Of a DNA stretch of 64,000 nt, positions 9,469 through 25,011 are shown piece by piece. The stretch is from positions 10,081 through 74,080 of the forward strand of contig CAVRVX010000015.1 of the NCBI GenBank assembly GCA_963724735.1, read 5' to 3'. The notes below the pieces were generated by a model that worked only from the letters and a program-made list of their open reading frames with translations, made no database searches and was not told the DNA's origin. This DNA comes from an uncultured Alphaproteobacteria bacterium. Lineage in GTDB: Bacteria > Pseudomonadota > Alphaproteobacteria > Rhizobiales > Xanthobacteraceae. The translations under genes and the position numbers were made by a program. How positions within the stretch are numbered: position 1 is the first letter of the stretch; every line of letters starts with the position of its first letter.

Positions 9469-10887
9469 TCAGCGCGGGAGCGCCGAGCTTCCCATCAGGA
9501 AGGTGTCGACCGCTTGCGCGGCCTGACGACCTTCGCGGATGGCCCACACGACGAGCGACTGGCCTCGCCGCATATCGCCGGCGGCGAACACCTTATCGAT
9601 CGAGCTGCGATAATCCGTGACGTCGGCGCGCACGTTGCCGCGCTGGTCGAGCTCTACGCCGAGCGCCTGCAGAAGACCCTCGTGCACGGGATGAACGAAC
9701 CCCATCGCGAGCAGCACGAGGTCAGCCTCCAGCACGAATTCCGAGCCGGGAAGCGGGGCGAAGTTCGCGTCGACATACACACAGTGCAGCCGCTTGACCC
9801 GTCCGTCCTCGCCGGAGAATTTTTGCGTCACGACCGAGAAGTCGCGCGTCACGCCCTCTTGCTGGCTCGACGACGTGCGGAGTTTCAGCGGCCAGTTCGG
9901 CCAGGTGAGAAGCTTGTTTTCCTTGTCGGGCGGCCGCGGCAGGATCTCGAGCTGCGTGATGGAGCGCGCGCCCTGCCGCGCCGACGTGCCGATGCAGTCC
10001 GAACCGGTATCGCCGCCGCCGATCACGATCACATGCTTGTCGGTTGCAAGAATGGGCGCGACGCCGTCCTGCGGCTCGTTGCTGACGCGGCGGTTCTGCT
10101 GCGGCAAGAAATCCATGGCGAAATGGACGCCGTCGAGTTCACGACCGGGAATAGGCAGGTCGCGCGCCTTTTCCGCGCCGCCCGCGAGCACGATCGCGTC
10201 ATAGTCGCGCAGCAGGTCCTCCGCCGCGACATTGACGCCGACATGCGCTCGGTAGTGAAAGGTTACGCCTTCCGCTTCCATCTGGGCGATGCGGCGGTCG
10301 ACCAGATGTTTCTCCATCTTGAAGTCGGGAATGCCGTAGCGCAGCAGTCCCCCGGCCTTGGCGTGCTTCTCGAAGACATGCACGTTGTGCCCCGCGCGTC
10401 CGAGTTGCTGGGCGCAGGCCAAGCCGGCCGGGCCTGAGCCGACAACGGCGACGCGCTTGCCGGTCTTGTGCGTCGGCGGCTCGGGCTTGATCCAGCCCTG
10501 CTCGAACGCCTTGTCGGCGATCGCGCATTCGATCGTCTTGATGGTGACGGGATTGTCTTCGAGGTTGAGCGTGCAGGCTTCCTCGCAGGGTGCGGGGCAC
10601 ACCCGGCCGGTGACTTCAGGAAAATTGTTGGTCGAGTGCAGATTGCGCGCCGCCGTCTCCCAATCGTCGAGATAGACGAGGTCGTTCCAGTCGGGGATCT
10701 GATTGTTCACCGGGCAGCCGGTGTGACAATAGGGGATGCCGCAATTCATGCAGCGCGCGGCCTGCTGCCGGAGTTCCGCCTCCGGCAGCGGGATGAGGAA
10801 TTCGCGGAAATGACGCACGCGCTCCTCGACCGGCGCATATTTGCGGTCGGTCCGTTCGTACTCAAGAAACCCTGTGACCTTTCCCAT
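9469..10887 (-). CDS. gltD: Glutamate synthase small subunit
   Basis: [10 protein letters not shown] and GRVCPAPCE Fe-S motifs, GSGPAG and GGGDTG nucleotide-binding motifs. Confidence 0.96.
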   Translation of the reverse strand: MGKVTGFLEYERTDRKYAPVEERVRHFREFLIPLPEAELRQQAARCMNCGIPYCHTGCPVNNQIPDWNDLVYLDDWETAARNLHSTNNFPEVTGRVCPAPCEEACTLNLEDNPVTIKTIECAIADKAFEQGWIKPEPPTHKTGKRVAVVGSGPAGLACAQQLGRAGHNVHVFEKHAKAGGLLRYGIPDFKMEKHLVDRRIAQMEAEGVTFHYRAHVGVNVAAEDLLRDYDAIVLAGGAEKARDLPIPGRELDGVHFAMDFLPQQNRRVSNEPQDGVAPILATDKHVIVIGGGDTGSDCIGTSARQGARSITQLEILPRPPDKENKLLTWPNWPLKLRTSSSQQEGVTRDFSVVTQKFSGEDGRVKRLHCVYVDANFAPLPGSEFVLEADLVLLAMGFVHPVHEGLLQALGVELDQRGNVRADVTDYRSSIDKVFAAGDMRRGQSLVVWAIREGRQAAQAVDTFLMGSSALPR

Positions 10888-10976
10888 GGCTCACGCCGAC
10901 TGCTGACTAAGGGGACCAACGAAACTCGCCGGATCACGACCCGGCCGACACGCCTCCCGCGGCGGCGCGAGAGACG

Positions 10977-11009
10977 CATGATGCCCGCGACCGGCGCGGG
11001 CATCATGCT
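10977..11009. terminator. GC-rich hairpin between gltB and gltD
   Basis: gcatgatgcccgcg-accgg-cgcgggcatcatgc, a 14-bp stem. No U tract, so it may be an mRNA-stability or REP-like hairpin. Confidence 0.45.
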
Positions 11010-11044
11010 TGGCATTAATTGCAGACGATAGAGAAGTCCATTGC

Positions 11045-15799
<4,755 letters not shown>

Positions 15800-16004
15800 G
15801 TCCTCGCCTGCTTGTCCAATACCCCAGGATGCCGGCGCACCCGCCTCGTTCGCAGCACCGGCCAGCGCCGCGACCCGACGGGTTCTTTATCGTGACGGGC
15901 AGCCTTCGCGCCGGTCCCCATCCGGCCGTGGCCGCTCCAATTGGGCGCTCGCGTACGGCAAGCGCCGACACCCCTTCCCCGGCTCAGGGGGCGCATCCGC
16001 AAAC

Positions 16005-16023
16005 AGGACAGCATTGCTGTCCT
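16005..16023. promoter_or_regulatory. Perfect palindrome upstream of gltBD; putative transcription-factor operator
   Basis: AGGACAGCA-T-TGCTGTCCT with 9-bp perfect arms in the gltB upstream region. Confidence 0.5.
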
Positions 16024-16272
16024 AAATGAGAATGCCAAAGTCTGACCCCGCGTTCAAGCTTCGAAAGCTTCAAAACTTCGCTGTTCCCGCTTTCCTTCCT
16101 TATTCAAATCCTAGGCCAGCAAGACGCCAACGCAAGTCCGGCTCGCCTCGCCCCCGAGCACCGGCCGCCCGGCCAACCGAGCGTCGCGCGCGATCGCAAT
16201 CGGGCGGGGCTCAAATCGCCCCAGCGCCGCCCCATTCGCAAAACATTGTTAACCGTCATCGACGGGGAGGCA

Positions 16273-16578
16273 ATGATGACGTGGGGGCGCATTCTCGTGG
16301 CGGCAACGGCGCTGCTCACTTTCGCGCCACCGGGACCGGCAATTGGGCGGCCGGGCACGATCTTCGACACTTCGCCCAGGGTCGTCAGCCCGCCCGCTGC
16401 CCGCGCCTACGCGCAATGGCCGTTCCGTCGCTTCCGCGAGAGCCGGCCCATCCCGCCGCGCGGGATACCCGGAGGCCGCTCGGCGGAGCTTGATAAACGC
16501 AAGGCGCCGCTGCCCCGCCCGCGGCCCGATGACATAACCGGCTCGATCAAAATCGTGCCCGTCGCACCGTTTGAATAA
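16273..16578 (+). CDS. Small secreted Pro/Arg-rich hypothetical protein
   Basis: GGGGAGG RBS, signal-peptide-like N terminus (RILVAATALLTFA) and a C-terminal DDITGSI motif. Confidence 0.6.
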   Translation: MMTWGRILVAATALLTFAPPGPAIGRPGTIFDTSPRVVSPPAARAYAQWPFRRFRESRPIPPRGIPGGRSAELDKRKAPLPRPRPDDITGSIKIVPVAPFE

Positions 16579-16686
16579 TATTCGGAGAGCGAACAAAAAT
16601 CCGCGTCGGCGCCGGCGCGCCGCGCTGTGTTTGGCGTACGTCCCGTGACCGATCCGCTGCCTGGATGCGCTCGGCTCGAACAAAAG

Positions 16687-16710
16687 AAGCGCTCCCTCGC
16701 GGGAGCGCTT
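16687..16710 (-). terminator. Rho-independent terminator of ibpA
   Basis: aagcgctccc-tcgc-gggagcgctt, followed on the minus strand by CTTTTGTT, 24 bp after the ibpA stop. Confidence 0.75.
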
Positions 16711-16733
16711 TAGGAAGCAAGGCAGATTCCTGG

Positions 16734-17204
16734 TCAGGCGGCCTTCGTCTCGATCACCTTGCCTTCGGCAGGCGAAGCGATCCTGATCTGGCGCGGCTTC
16801 ATCTTTTCCGGAAGCTCGCGGGCAAGATCGACATGCAGGAGGCCGTTCTCCAGCGTCGCGCCCTTGACCTCGACGAAGTCGGCGAGCTGGAAGACGCGCT
16901 CGAACGCGCGCGCGGCGATGCCCTGGTAGAGCACCTCGCCCTTCTTCTCCTCGGCATTTGCCGGCGGCTTCTCGCCGCGAATGGTCAGGGTGTTTTCCTT
17001 GGCCTCGATCGAGAGTTCCGGCTCGGCGAAGCCTGCGACCGCGAGCGTGATGCGATAGCTGTTTTCGCCGGTGCGCTCGATATTGTAGGGCGGGTAGGAC
17101 GAACCTTGGCCCTCAAAACCCGCCATCTGGTCGAGCAGAGAGACCAAACGGTCGAAGCCAACGGTTGAACGATATAGGGGAGTCAGATCAAAAGTCGTGC
17201 GCAT
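16734..17204 (-). CDS. ibpA: Small heat shock protein (Hsp20, IbpA-like)
   Basis: MRTTFDLTPLYRSTVGFDRL, YPPYNIE, AVAGF, LYQGIAARAFERVF and NGLLHVDL; GGAGG RBS. Confidence 0.93.
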   Translation of the reverse strand: MRTTFDLTPLYRSTVGFDRLVSLLDQMAGFEGQGSSYPPYNIERTGENSYRITLAVAGFAEPELSIEAKENTLTIRGEKPPANAEEKKGEVLYQGIAARAFERVFQLADFVEVKGATLENGLLHVDLARELPEKMKPRQIRIASPAEGKVIETKAA

Positions 17205-17287
17205 GGCATATCCTCCTAGAGTTGAGCGACATGCGGAACGGTCCGCGCGATGGCCGGACCACCGTGCGCCGCCCTTGGGCCGGCGCA
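17202..17287 (-). ncRNA. ROSE-type RNA thermometer in the ibpA 5' UTR
   Basis: The minus strand folds into three hairpins. The last, GCAUGUC-G-CUC...GAG-GAUAUGC, sequesters the SD sequence and has the U(U/C)GCU motif with a bulged G. Confidence 0.8.
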
Positions 17288-17293
17288 TCCGTG

Positions 17294-17322
17294 ATATGGG
17301 CAGGCAGGGAGGCTGCTTCAAG
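17294..17322 (-). promoter_or_regulatory. RpoH (sigma32) promoter of ibpA
   Basis: CTTGAA-N16-CCCATAT on the minus strand, just upstream of the ROSE element. Confidence 0.8.
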
Positions 17323-17420
17323 GCTGCGGGGCCCCGGCCCGACCGAACGCCTTTCCCCGACCGGGTTGAGCGGGCCCTCCCGACTGGTATAAGCGGCCTC
17401 CTGCCCGCGCGGACTCTTTC

Positions 17421-18368
17421 ATGAATCTCGTCTCCGTCCCTGCGAACCCCGTTCCCGACGACGCGGTCGCTGGCGTTCTCAAAACGCCCGACGGTCTCGC
17501 CCTGCGCTTCGCCCGCTGGCCGCCGCCGCCCGGCCGCAAGGGCACCGTCTGCCTGTTTCAGGGCCGCGGCGATTTCATCGAGAAATATTTCGAAGTGGCC
17601 CGCGACCTGCGTGCCCGCGGCTTCGCGGTCGCCGCCTTGGATTGGCGGGGACAGGGGCTGTCGCAGCGCTTGCTGCGCGATCCGTACAAGGGACATGTCC
17701 GCCGGTTCGCCGATTACCTCACCGACCTCGAGACATTCATGAAGGATGTCGTGCTGCCCGACTGTCCGCCGCCCTATTTCGCCCTCGGGCAGGACATGGG
17801 CGCGACGGTGTTGATCCAGTCGGCGGCGCGCGGTCATCGCTGGTTCGAGCGCCTCGTGCTGAGCGCGCCGATGATCGCCCTTGCGCAAAGTTCGCTCTGG
17901 GGCGCAGGGCCGGCGATTGCGCGCGCGCTGCGGCTGACGGGCTTCGGTCGGCTCTATGTGCCTGGCGGCGGCGCGACGCCGATGGCCATGGCCCCCTTCC
18001 CCGGCAATGTGATGACATCCGATCCGGTGCGGTATGCGCGCACGGCCGCGATTCTCGAAGCAGAGCCCGCGCTCGGCATCGGCGCCCCGACGATCGGATG
18101 GGTGAGCGCGGCGTTCCGCACCATGGCGGCCTTACGGAAGCCGTCCTATTCCGGCCGCCTGCACCAGCCGATGCTGCTGCTCGCCGCCGGATACGACCAG
18201 TTCGTGTCGCTCGCCGCAATCGAGGACTTCGCCCTGAACCTGCGCGCCGGTTCGCACCTCATCGTCCCCGGCGCGATGCACGATCTACTGATGGAGCAGG
18301 ACCACTATCGGCAACTGTTCTGGGCCGCCTTCGACGCCTTCGTCCCCGGCACCCCGCTCTACGGGTGA
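17421..18368 (+). CDS. Alpha/beta hydrolase, lysophospholipase (PldB-like)
   Basis: FQGRGDFIEKY, DWRGQGLSQR and GAMHDLLME. The nucleophile elbow reads GQDMG, with Asp instead of the usual Ser. Confidence 0.8.
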   Translation: MNLVSVPANPVPDDAVAGVLKTPDGLALRFARWPPPPGRKGTVCLFQGRGDFIEKYFEVARDLRARGFAVAALDWRGQGLSQRLLRDPYKGHVRRFADYLTDLETFMKDVVLPDCPPPYFALGQDMGATVLIQSAARGHRWFERLVLSAPMIALAQSSLWGAGPAIARALRLTGFGRLYVPGGGATPMAMAPFPGNVMTSDPVRYARTAAILEAEPALGIGAPTIGWVSAAFRTMAALRKPSYSGRLHQPMLLLAAGYDQFVSLAAIEDFALNLRAGSHLIVPGAMHDLLMEQDHYRQLFWAAFDAFVPGTPLYG

Positions 18369-18408
18369 TCCGGCAACCTGGTGCGAGACCCTGTCGCGCC
18401 GTAAGCGG

Positions 18409-19104
18409 TTATTCCTCCCCCGGCTTGCCGCCGCCGATTTTCTTGAGCCTGGCGAACACCGCCTCGACGTCGAGCTCCTCGGACGGCTTCTTTTCCTCTT
18501 CGTCCGGGGCTTCCAACTCGGCCGCCGTGGTGACGTCGGCCGGCAGCAAGGTGACCGCCTGCTCGGCGGCGACCGGCTTCTCCTTGGCGGCGCGGCTGAC
18601 TTCCATATCGAGGTCGATCTGCGAGCACAAACCGAGCGTCACCGGGTCAAGCGGGGTCAGGTTGGGCGCGTTCCAATGGGTGCGGTCGCGGATCGCCGCA
18701 ATGGTCGATTTGGTCGTGCCGACCAGCCGCATGATCTGGCTGTCCTTCAACTCCGGATGGTTGCGCACGAGCCATAGGATCGCGTTCGGCCGATCCTGGC
18801 GTCGCGACACCGGCGTGTAGCGCGGGCCGCGCTTGCCCTTGGCCTCGGGAACGCGCAGCTTGGAACTGGCGAGGCGCAGCCGCGCGTTCTGGTCGCCTTC
18901 GACCCGTTCGATCTCATCGCGAGAAAGCTGGCCGGTCAGGATCGGATCGAGCCCCTTGATGCCCTGAGCGGCATCGCCGTCGGCGATCGCCTTCACCTCG
19001 AGCGGGTGCAACTTGCAAAAATCAGCGATCTGATCGAACGACAAAGCCGTATTCTCGACCAACCATACGGCGGTCGCCTTGGGCATCAGCGGCTGGTCCG
19101 ACAT
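18409..19104 (-). CDS. trcR: DUF1013 cell-cycle transcriptional regulator TrcR
   Basis: PLMPKATAVWLVENTALSFDQIADFC and RYTPVSRRQDRPNAILWL; adjacent to ispH as in other alphaproteobacteria. Confidence 0.85.
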   Translation of the reverse strand: MSDQPLMPKATAVWLVENTALSFDQIADFCKLHPLEVKAIADGDAAQGIKGLDPILTGQLSRDEIERVEGDQNARLRLASSKLRVPEAKGKRGPRYTPVSRRQDRPNAILWLVRNHPELKDSQIMRLVGTTKSTIAAIRDRTHWNAPNLTPLDPVTLGLCSQIDLDMEVSRAAKEKPVAAEQAVTLLPADVTTAAELEAPDEEEKKPSEELDVEAVFARLKKIGGGKPGEE

Positions 19105-19295
19105 GAGAAAATCTCCTGGGCGCCCCGCCCGCTTTTCGGATGGCGAAGCCTCTTTTTATGCCAGAAATGGCGGAAGTTGCACCCTATATAGGCGATGAAC
19201 CCATTAGGAGGCAACCCTTTGGCCAAGCTTGACAGCCGCTGGGCCAAAGCTCAAGACCGACCACGACAGACCGTCAGAAGCACTCAAGGCCCGTC

Positions 19296-20294
19296 ATGAC
19301 CGTGCAATCCGTTTCCGGCAGCAAGCCGCCTCTCAAAGTGCTCCTGTGCTCGCCGCGCGGATTCTGCGCGGGGGTGGTCCGAGCAGTCGAGACGGTCGAG
19401 CGCGCGCTCGCCCTTTACGGCGCGCCGGTCTATGTGCGGCACGAGATCGTGCACAACCGCTACGTGGTCGAGAGTCTCAAAGCCAAGGGCGCGATCTTCG
19501 TCGAAGAGCTGGATGAAATTCCCGACACCCAGGCGCCGGTGGTGTTCTCGGCGCATGGCGTGCCGAAATCGGTCCCGGAGGAGGCAGGCAAGCGCAACTT
19601 CTTCGCTCTCGACGCGACCTGCCCCCTGGTCACCAAGGTGCACCGCGAGGCCGAGATTCACTTCCGTCGCGGGCGCGAGATCGTGCTGATCGGTCATGCC
19701 GGCCACCCGGAGGTCGCCGGAACAATCGGCCAATTGCCCGCCGGCGCGATCACGTTGATCGAGACCGTGGCGGAGGCGGCCCGTTTCGCGCCCAAGGACC
19801 CGAACAATCTTGCTTACGTCACCCAGACGACGCTTTCGGTCGATGACTGCGCCGAAATCGTCGCCATCCTGACGGAGCGGTTTCCGCCGATCGTCGGACC
19901 GCAGAAAGAAGACATCTGCTACGCCACGACTAATCGTCAGGAGGCGGTCAAGCGGGTCGCGCCGATCGTGGACGCGCTGATCGTGGTCGGCGCGCCAAAT
20001 TCTTCGAACTCCCAACGCCTCAAGGAAGTGGCGGAACGCAACGGCTGTCCGCGGGCGCAACTGGTGCAGCGTGCGCACGAGATCGACTGGCAACGCCTTG
20101 CAGGCATTGAGCGCCTCGGCATCACCGCGGGCGCATCGGCGCCGGAGGTGATCGTGGAGGAAATCATCGACGCCTTCGCGGCGCGCTACGAGATCAGCGT
20201 GGAAACCGTCTCGGCGGTCGAAGAAAGCATGTTCTTTCCGTTGCCGCGGCATCTGCGGGAGCTGGACAAGGCGGCGGGAACGGCGGCCGAATAA
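19296..20294 (+). CDS. ispH: 4-hydroxy-3-methylbut-2-enyl diphosphate reductase
   Basis: [24 protein letters not shown] and SSNS motifs. Confidence 0.96.
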   Translation: MTVQSVSGSKPPLKVLLCSPRGFCAGVVRAVETVERALALYGAPVYVRHEIVHNRYVVESLKAKGAIFVEELDEIPDTQAPVVFSAHGVPKSVPEEAGKRNFFALDATCPLVTKVHREAEIHFRRGREIVLIGHAGHPEVAGTIGQLPAGAITLIETVAEAARFAPKDPNNLAYVTQTTLSVDDCAEIVAILTERFPPIVGPQKEDICYATTNRQEAVKRVAPIVDALIVVGAPNSSNSQRLKEVAERNGCPRAQLVQRAHEIDWQRLAGIERLGITAGASAPEVIVEEIIDAFAARYEISVETVSAVEESMFFPLPRHLRELDKAAGTAAE

Positions 20295-20312
20295 AAGCCG
20301 TCCGGGGGCGGG

Positions 20313-21275
20313 ATGGCGGTCTATACGGATATCGCCGCCGACGAATTGCAGGCCTATCTCGGCGATTACAATCTGGGCGATCTCCTCGCCTACAAAGGAA
20401 TCGCGGAGGGGGTGGAGAACTCCAACTACCTGCTGCATGCGTCGCGCGGCTATTTCATTCTGACGCTGTACGAGAAGCGCGTCGCGGCGCGCGATCTGCC
20501 GTTTTTCATCGAGCTGTTGGAGCATCTCGCCGCGCGCGGGCTCACCTGCCCGCAGCCGGTCAAGACGCGCGACGGCAAGGCGCTCGGCGCGCTGGCCGGC
20601 CGGCCGGCGGCGATCTTCACCTTTCTCGACGGAATGTGGATCAGGCGGCCGAGCGTCGCCCATTGCCAGGGCGTGGGCGAGGCGCTGGCGCGGCTGCATC
20701 TCGCCGGACTCGATTTTCCGCTGCGGCGACGCAACACGCTATCGGTCGACGGATGGCGGGCGCTCTACGAAAGCGCCCAAGGCCATGCCGACACGGTGAT
20801 CGTCGGACTCGGGCCAATGATCGACGCCGAACTGCTGCATCTTGAGCGCCATTGGCCGCACGACCTGCCCGATGGCGTGATCCACGGCGATCTGTTTCCG
20901 GATAACGTTTTTTTTCTCGACACGCGAATCTCCGGCCTGATTGATTTCTATTTCGCTTGCACCGACATGCTCGCCTATGACGTGGCGATCTGCCTAAACG
21001 CCTGGTGCTTCGAGCCGGATCATTCGTTCAACGTCACCAAGGGACGCGCGCTGTTGCTCAGTTACATTCGCACACGGCCCTTGTCCGACCGCGAAGTCGC
21101 GACGCTGCCTCTGCTCTGCCGCGGCGCGGCATTGCGTTTCCTGCTGACCAGATTGGTCGATTGGTTCGCCACGCCCCCCGGCGCGCTTGTGCGGCCGAAA
21201 GACCCGCTCGAATATTACCGCAAGCTCCGTTTTCATCAGATGGTCGCCGACGCGCGCGATTACGGTATCGACTGA
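20313..21275 (+). CDS. thrB: Homoserine kinase, type II
   Basis: [24 protein letters not shown] and IDFYFAC motifs. Confidence 0.94.
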   Translation: MAVYTDIAADELQAYLGDYNLGDLLAYKGIAEGVENSNYLLHASRGYFILTLYEKRVAARDLPFFIELLEHLAARGLTCPQPVKTRDGKALGALAGRPAAIFTFLDGMWIRRPSVAHCQGVGEALARLHLAGLDFPLRRRNTLSVDGWRALYESAQGHADTVIVGLGPMIDAELLHLERHWPHDLPDGVIHGDLFPDNVFFLDTRISGLIDFYFACTDMLAYDVAICLNAWCFEPDHSFNVTKGRALLLSYIRTRPLSDREVATLPLLCRGAALRFLLTRLVDWFATPPGALVRPKDPLEYYRKLRFHQMVADARDYGID

Positions 21276-21285
21276 GCGGAGAGCC

Positions 21286-21756
21286 GTGGCGGACCGTCAT
21301 GTCATCATCCACACCGACGGCGCCTGCTCCGGCAATCCCGGACCTGGCGGCTGGGGCGCGATTCTCGAGTGGAACGGGCACCGCAAGGAGATCAGAGGCG
21401 GCGAACCGCACACGACCAATAACCGCATGGAGCTGACCGCGGCGATCATGGCGCTGGAAGCGCTCAAGCGGCCTTGCACGGTCGAGATACACACCGACAG
21501 TCAGTATCTCAGGCAGGGCATCACCGCCTGGATCCTGGCGTGGAAACGCAATGGCTGGCGAACGGCCGACAAGAAGCCGGTGAAGAACGTCGATCTCTGG
21601 CAGCGCCTCGACGCCGCGCTCGCGCATCACCAGGTGCGATGGCACTGGGTGCGCGGCCACGCCGGGCACGATCTCAACGAACGCGCCGACGAACTCGCCC
21701 GCGAGGCGATCGGCGAGCTTCGATCGGCCACGAGGGCAAAGCCCGACAAGTCGTGA
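21286..21756 (+). CDS. rnhA: Ribonuclease HI
   Basis: [30 protein letters not shown] and NERADELA; GTG start after GGAGAG. Confidence 0.96.
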   Translation: MADRHVIIHTDGACSGNPGPGGWGAILEWNGHRKEIRGGEPHTTNNRMELTAAIMALEALKRPCTVEIHTDSQYLRQGITAWILAWKRNGWRTADKKPVKNVDLWQRLDAALAHHQVRWHWVRGHAGHDLNERADELAREAIGELRSATRAKPDKS

Positions 21757-21811
21757 GCCTCGGCCCTGTTTCGATTGCCGCGAAGCAAGACCAACGGCGC
21801 AGCGACGCTCC

Positions 21812-22297
21812 CTACATCTGCTTCAGCAGATTCTCCGCGCTGGAAATCTCGGCCTTGCCCGGCTCATCTTCGATGCTGAGCTTCTTCACCACGCCGTCCT
21901 CGACCAGCATGGCGTAGCGGCGCGAGCGCAGCCCAAGGCCGCCGCCGCTCGCGTCAAGCGCAAGGTCGATCGCCTTGGCGAAATCGCCGTTGCCGTCAGC
22001 GAGGAAGTCGATCTTTCCTTCCGCGCCGGTCGCCTTCTTCCAGGCGTCCATGACGAACACGTCGTTCACGCCGGTCACGGCGATCGTATCGACTCCCTTG
22101 CCCTTGATCGTGTCGGCGTTCTTGAGAAAGCCCGGCAAGTGATTGTTGTGGCAGGTCGGCGTGAAGGCGCCGGGAACAGCGAACAGCACGACCTTCTTGC
22201 CTTTGAAGACTTCGTCGGTCGTCTTCCACGCCGGTCCACTCGCGCTCATGACTCGGAATTTGGCTTCAGGGATGCGGTCGCCGACCTTGATGGGCAT
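21812..22297 (-). CDS. Peroxiredoxin (Prx5 family)
   Basis: VPGAFTPTCH, VNDVFVM, LADGNG and RSRRYAM; ATG at 22297 with a GAGG RBS. Confidence 0.92.
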   Translation of the reverse strand: MPIKVGDRIPEAKFRVMSASGPAWKTTDEVFKGKKVVLFAVPGAFTPTCHNNHLPGFLKNADTIKGKGVDTIAVTGVNDVFVMDAWKKATGAEGKIDFLADGNGDFAKAIDLALDASGGGLGLRSRRYAMLVEDGVVKKLSIEDEPGKAEISSAENLLKQM

Positions 22298-22398
22298 GTG
22301 TGGTCCTCGTTCGATTCGGATATGCGCGCAACTTCGTGCCGTGAGCTCGCCTGCGCAACGGGGCCTGCGTCGTCTCAACCTAGCGCGCGCGTGGCACG

Positions 22399-23256
22399 CT
22401 AGTCGAGACGGTACGGCGTCTCGATCGCTTCCGCTCCGGCGACGGCTGTGAACATGAGCGTCGCTCCCTTGGGGTCGACGCCCGGCGGCACACCGTCGAG
22501 CACAAAGGCAAAGCGATGGACGCCGTCCGGTCCTGTTCCCGCCGGCTCGGGCACTGGCAAGGCCCAATCTGCGGTCGGTCCTTCGGCGAACAGCTCGACG
22601 GTCGCCCCGGCCGGCGCCGCGACGTCGACCAGGATGCGCGGCCGCGGCCAATCACCGACGCGTTCGACCGCACGGACCGCAAGTTTCGTATCCGCGCCAA
22701 GCGCGCTCTTATGCGGCGCGCGCGCCGCCGCGGCCGCCACCGCGTCGTCTTCGCCCGGCGCAACGGCGGGAATTTGCAGGTCGACCGTGCCCGATTTAGG
22801 GACACAAACACGTTCGCAGATCGCGTAATCGAAAGCGAGCACAAGCCCGACCGGTTGTCCCGGATTTTCCGCGACGACGCGAAGCGGGAAAATGACCTTA
22901 TCTTTGTAGCCGATCGAGACGCCGCCGGCGTCGCGCCAGGCGTGCGGCGCAGGCCAGTCGACCTCGACCGAGCGGGCATTGGTGGAGTGGGTAAAATCGA
23001 ACCGCGGCGCGACGCCCGAGTCCCCGGGATATCGCCAGTAGGTCTTCCAGCCCGGCGCAAGTTTTATTTCTACCCCGGCGGGCAAGAAACCCTGGCGGCC
23101 TTCGGACGTACCCGCAATCAGACGCAACGCCGAGCGCGTATCCCCGTCCCAAGCGGACAACTCGGCTGCGCACGACCCGGCGATGAAGACAATCTGCACA
23201 ACCAGCGCCGCGACCATCAAAATGGGCAGGGCGCGTCGCAATCCTGGTGCAATCAT
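22399..23256 (-). CDS. DsbD N-terminal (DsbC-like) domain protein
   Basis: Signal peptide, GWKTYWRYPGDSG, WP.P and ICERVCVP (CxxxC). Only the 3' part of track ORF 22399..24246 is coding. Confidence 0.8.
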   Translation of the reverse strand: MIAPGLRRALPILMVAALVVQIVFIAGSCAAELSAWDGDTRSALRLIAGTSEGRQGFLPAGVEIKLAPGWKTYWRYPGDSGVAPRFDFTHSTNARSVEVDWPAPHAWRDAGGVSIGYKDKVIFPLRVVAENPGQPVGLVLAFDYAICERVCVPKSGTVDLQIPAVAPGEDDAVAAAAARAPHKSALGADTKLAVRAVERVGDWPRPRILVDVAAPAGATVELFAEGPTADWALPVPEPAGTGPDGVHRFAFVLDGVPPGVDPKGATLMFTAVAGAEAIETPYRLD

Positions 23257-23370
23257 GCGCCAACGTATCGAACACGCCAGCCCGGCCGCTACTGAAATGG
23301 TCGTGAGGAAGGCGACGCGCCCGGCAACATACATTGCCCAAGGCAACCGGATCAGGGTAACCTTGCGCCG

Positions 23371-23991
23371 ATGAAAATAAGCAGGAAAAGTCCAGGAGAC
23401 AGTCCGCCCAAGCGCGGCTACCTGGACGGACAGATGCTGATCGCCATGCCGAGCATGCGCGACGAGCGCTTTGCCCGCAGTTTGATCTATGTCTGCGCGC
23501 ATTCTTCCGAGGGCGCGATGGGAATTGTCGTCAACCACCCAGCGTCCAACGTCAATTTCGCCGATCTCCTGGTGCAACTCGAGGTCATCCCTGCGGCCGA
23601 CCTGATTATGCTGCCGCAACGAGCGGGGTCGGTTCCGGTCCTGCGCGGCGGCCCGGTCGAGACCGGGCGCGGCTTCGTGCTGCACTCGAGCGATTTCTTC
23701 ATCGAGAACTCGACCCTTCCGATCGACGACGGAATCTGCCTCACGGCCACGCTCGACATTCTCAAGGCGATCGCGCGCGGGGACGGCCCGCTCAGCGCGG
23801 TGTTGGCGCTCGGCTATGCCGGGTGGGCGCCGGGCCAGCTCGAAAGCGAGATCCAGGCGAACGGCTGGTTGCACTGCACCGCCGATCTCGAACTCATCTT
23901 CGGGGCCGATATCGACGGCAAATACGAAAGGGCCCTCAAGAAGATCGGCATCGATCTGGGGATGCTGTCGAGCGAAGCCGGTCATGCTTGA
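23371..23991 (+). CDS. YqgE/AlgH family protein
   Basis: [27 protein letters not shown] and [12 protein letters not shown]. Confidence 0.92.
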   Translation: MKISRKSPGDSPPKRGYLDGQMLIAMPSMRDERFARSLIYVCAHSSEGAMGIVVNHPASNVNFADLLVQLEVIPAADLIMLPQRAGSVPVLRGGPVETGRGFVLHSSDFFIENSTLPIDDGICLTATLDILKAIARGDGPLSAVLALGYAGWAPGQLESEIQANGWLHCTADLELIFGADIDGKYERALKKIGIDLGMLSSEAGHA

Positions 23992-24084
23992 CGGCGCGCC
24001 TGAGCGCGGATGATCCTCCCATATTAAGATGGCCTGCCGCACGCGATCGAGCGGGCGCAAGGAACGAATGGAACGAGCGAAGCG

Positions 24085-24978
24085 ATGAACTGGATCGCCA
24101 ATGTCGTGCGGCCGAAAATCCGCAGCTTCCTCAATCGGCGCGACGTACCAGAGCACCTCTGGATCAAGTGTCCGGAGACCGGGCAGCTCGTCTTTTACAA
24201 GGACGTGGAAGCGAACCTGTTCGTCATCCCCGGCTCCAATTACCACATGCGGATGGGCGCCACGGCCCGTCTGAAATCGGTGTTCGACGGGGCGACCTGG
24301 CTCGATATCGGCGTTCCCTCCGTGGCCCTCGATCCGCTCAAGTTTCGCGATGAGCGGCGCTACTCCGACCGGCTGAGGGATGCCCGCGCGAAGACCGGGC
24401 TTTCCGACGCGATCAAGCTCGGGCTAGGCAAGCTCGAAGGTCAGCCGGTGGTGATCGGCGTCCAGGACTTCAACTTCATGGGCGGATCGCTCGGCATGGC
24501 GGCGGGCGAGGCGGTGATCAAAGGTTCGGAGACCGCAATCGAAAAAGGCACGCCCTTCATCTTGTTCGTCGCCTCGGGCGGAGCGCGCATGCAGGAAGGC
24601 ATCTTCGCCTTGATGCAGATGCCGCGGACGACGGTCGCGATCGAGCGCCTGCGCGAGCATCGGAGGCCCTATATCGTCGTGCTCACCAATCCCACGACCG
24701 GCGGCGTGACGGCCTCCTATGCGATGCTGGGGGACATCCACATCGCCGAGCCCGGCGCGCTGATCGGTTTTGCCGGCCCGCGCGTGATCGAGCAGACCAT
24801 CCGCGAGCGGCTGCCGGACGGATTTCAAAAAGCGGAATATCTCAAGGCGCACGGCATGATCGACATGGTCGTGCAGAGGCAGGAGATGCGCGCGACGCTC
24901 GCGCGGCTGTGCCGCCTGCTCACCAAGACGCCGCCGCCGCCGTCGCGCAACACGCTGCCGGCCTTGGCCGAAGCGTGA
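24085..24978 (+). CDS. accD: Acetyl-CoA carboxylase carboxyltransferase beta subunit
   Basis: [24 protein letters not shown] and [12 protein letters not shown]. Confidence 0.96.
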   Translation: MNWIANVVRPKIRSFLNRRDVPEHLWIKCPETGQLVFYKDVEANLFVIPGSNYHMRMGATARLKSVFDGATWLDIGVPSVALDPLKFRDERRYSDRLRDARAKTGLSDAIKLGLGKLEGQPVVIGVQDFNFMGGSLGMAAGEAVIKGSETAIEKGTPFILFVASGGARMQEGIFALMQMPRTTVAIERLREHRRPYIVVLTNPTTGGVTASYAMLGDIHIAEPGALIGFAGPRVIEQTIRERLPDGFQKAEYLKAHGMIDMVVQRQEMRATLARLCRLLTKTPPPPSRNTLPALAEA

Positions 24979-25011
24979 GGCGTCCGCCGCGGAGGACACG
25001 CAAGTGAGATT

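Noticed and set aside
22399-24246. 615-aa ORF as one protein
   Set aside because: The 5' part is antisense to yqgE and accD; only 22399..23256 has a signal peptide and DsbD-type motifs.
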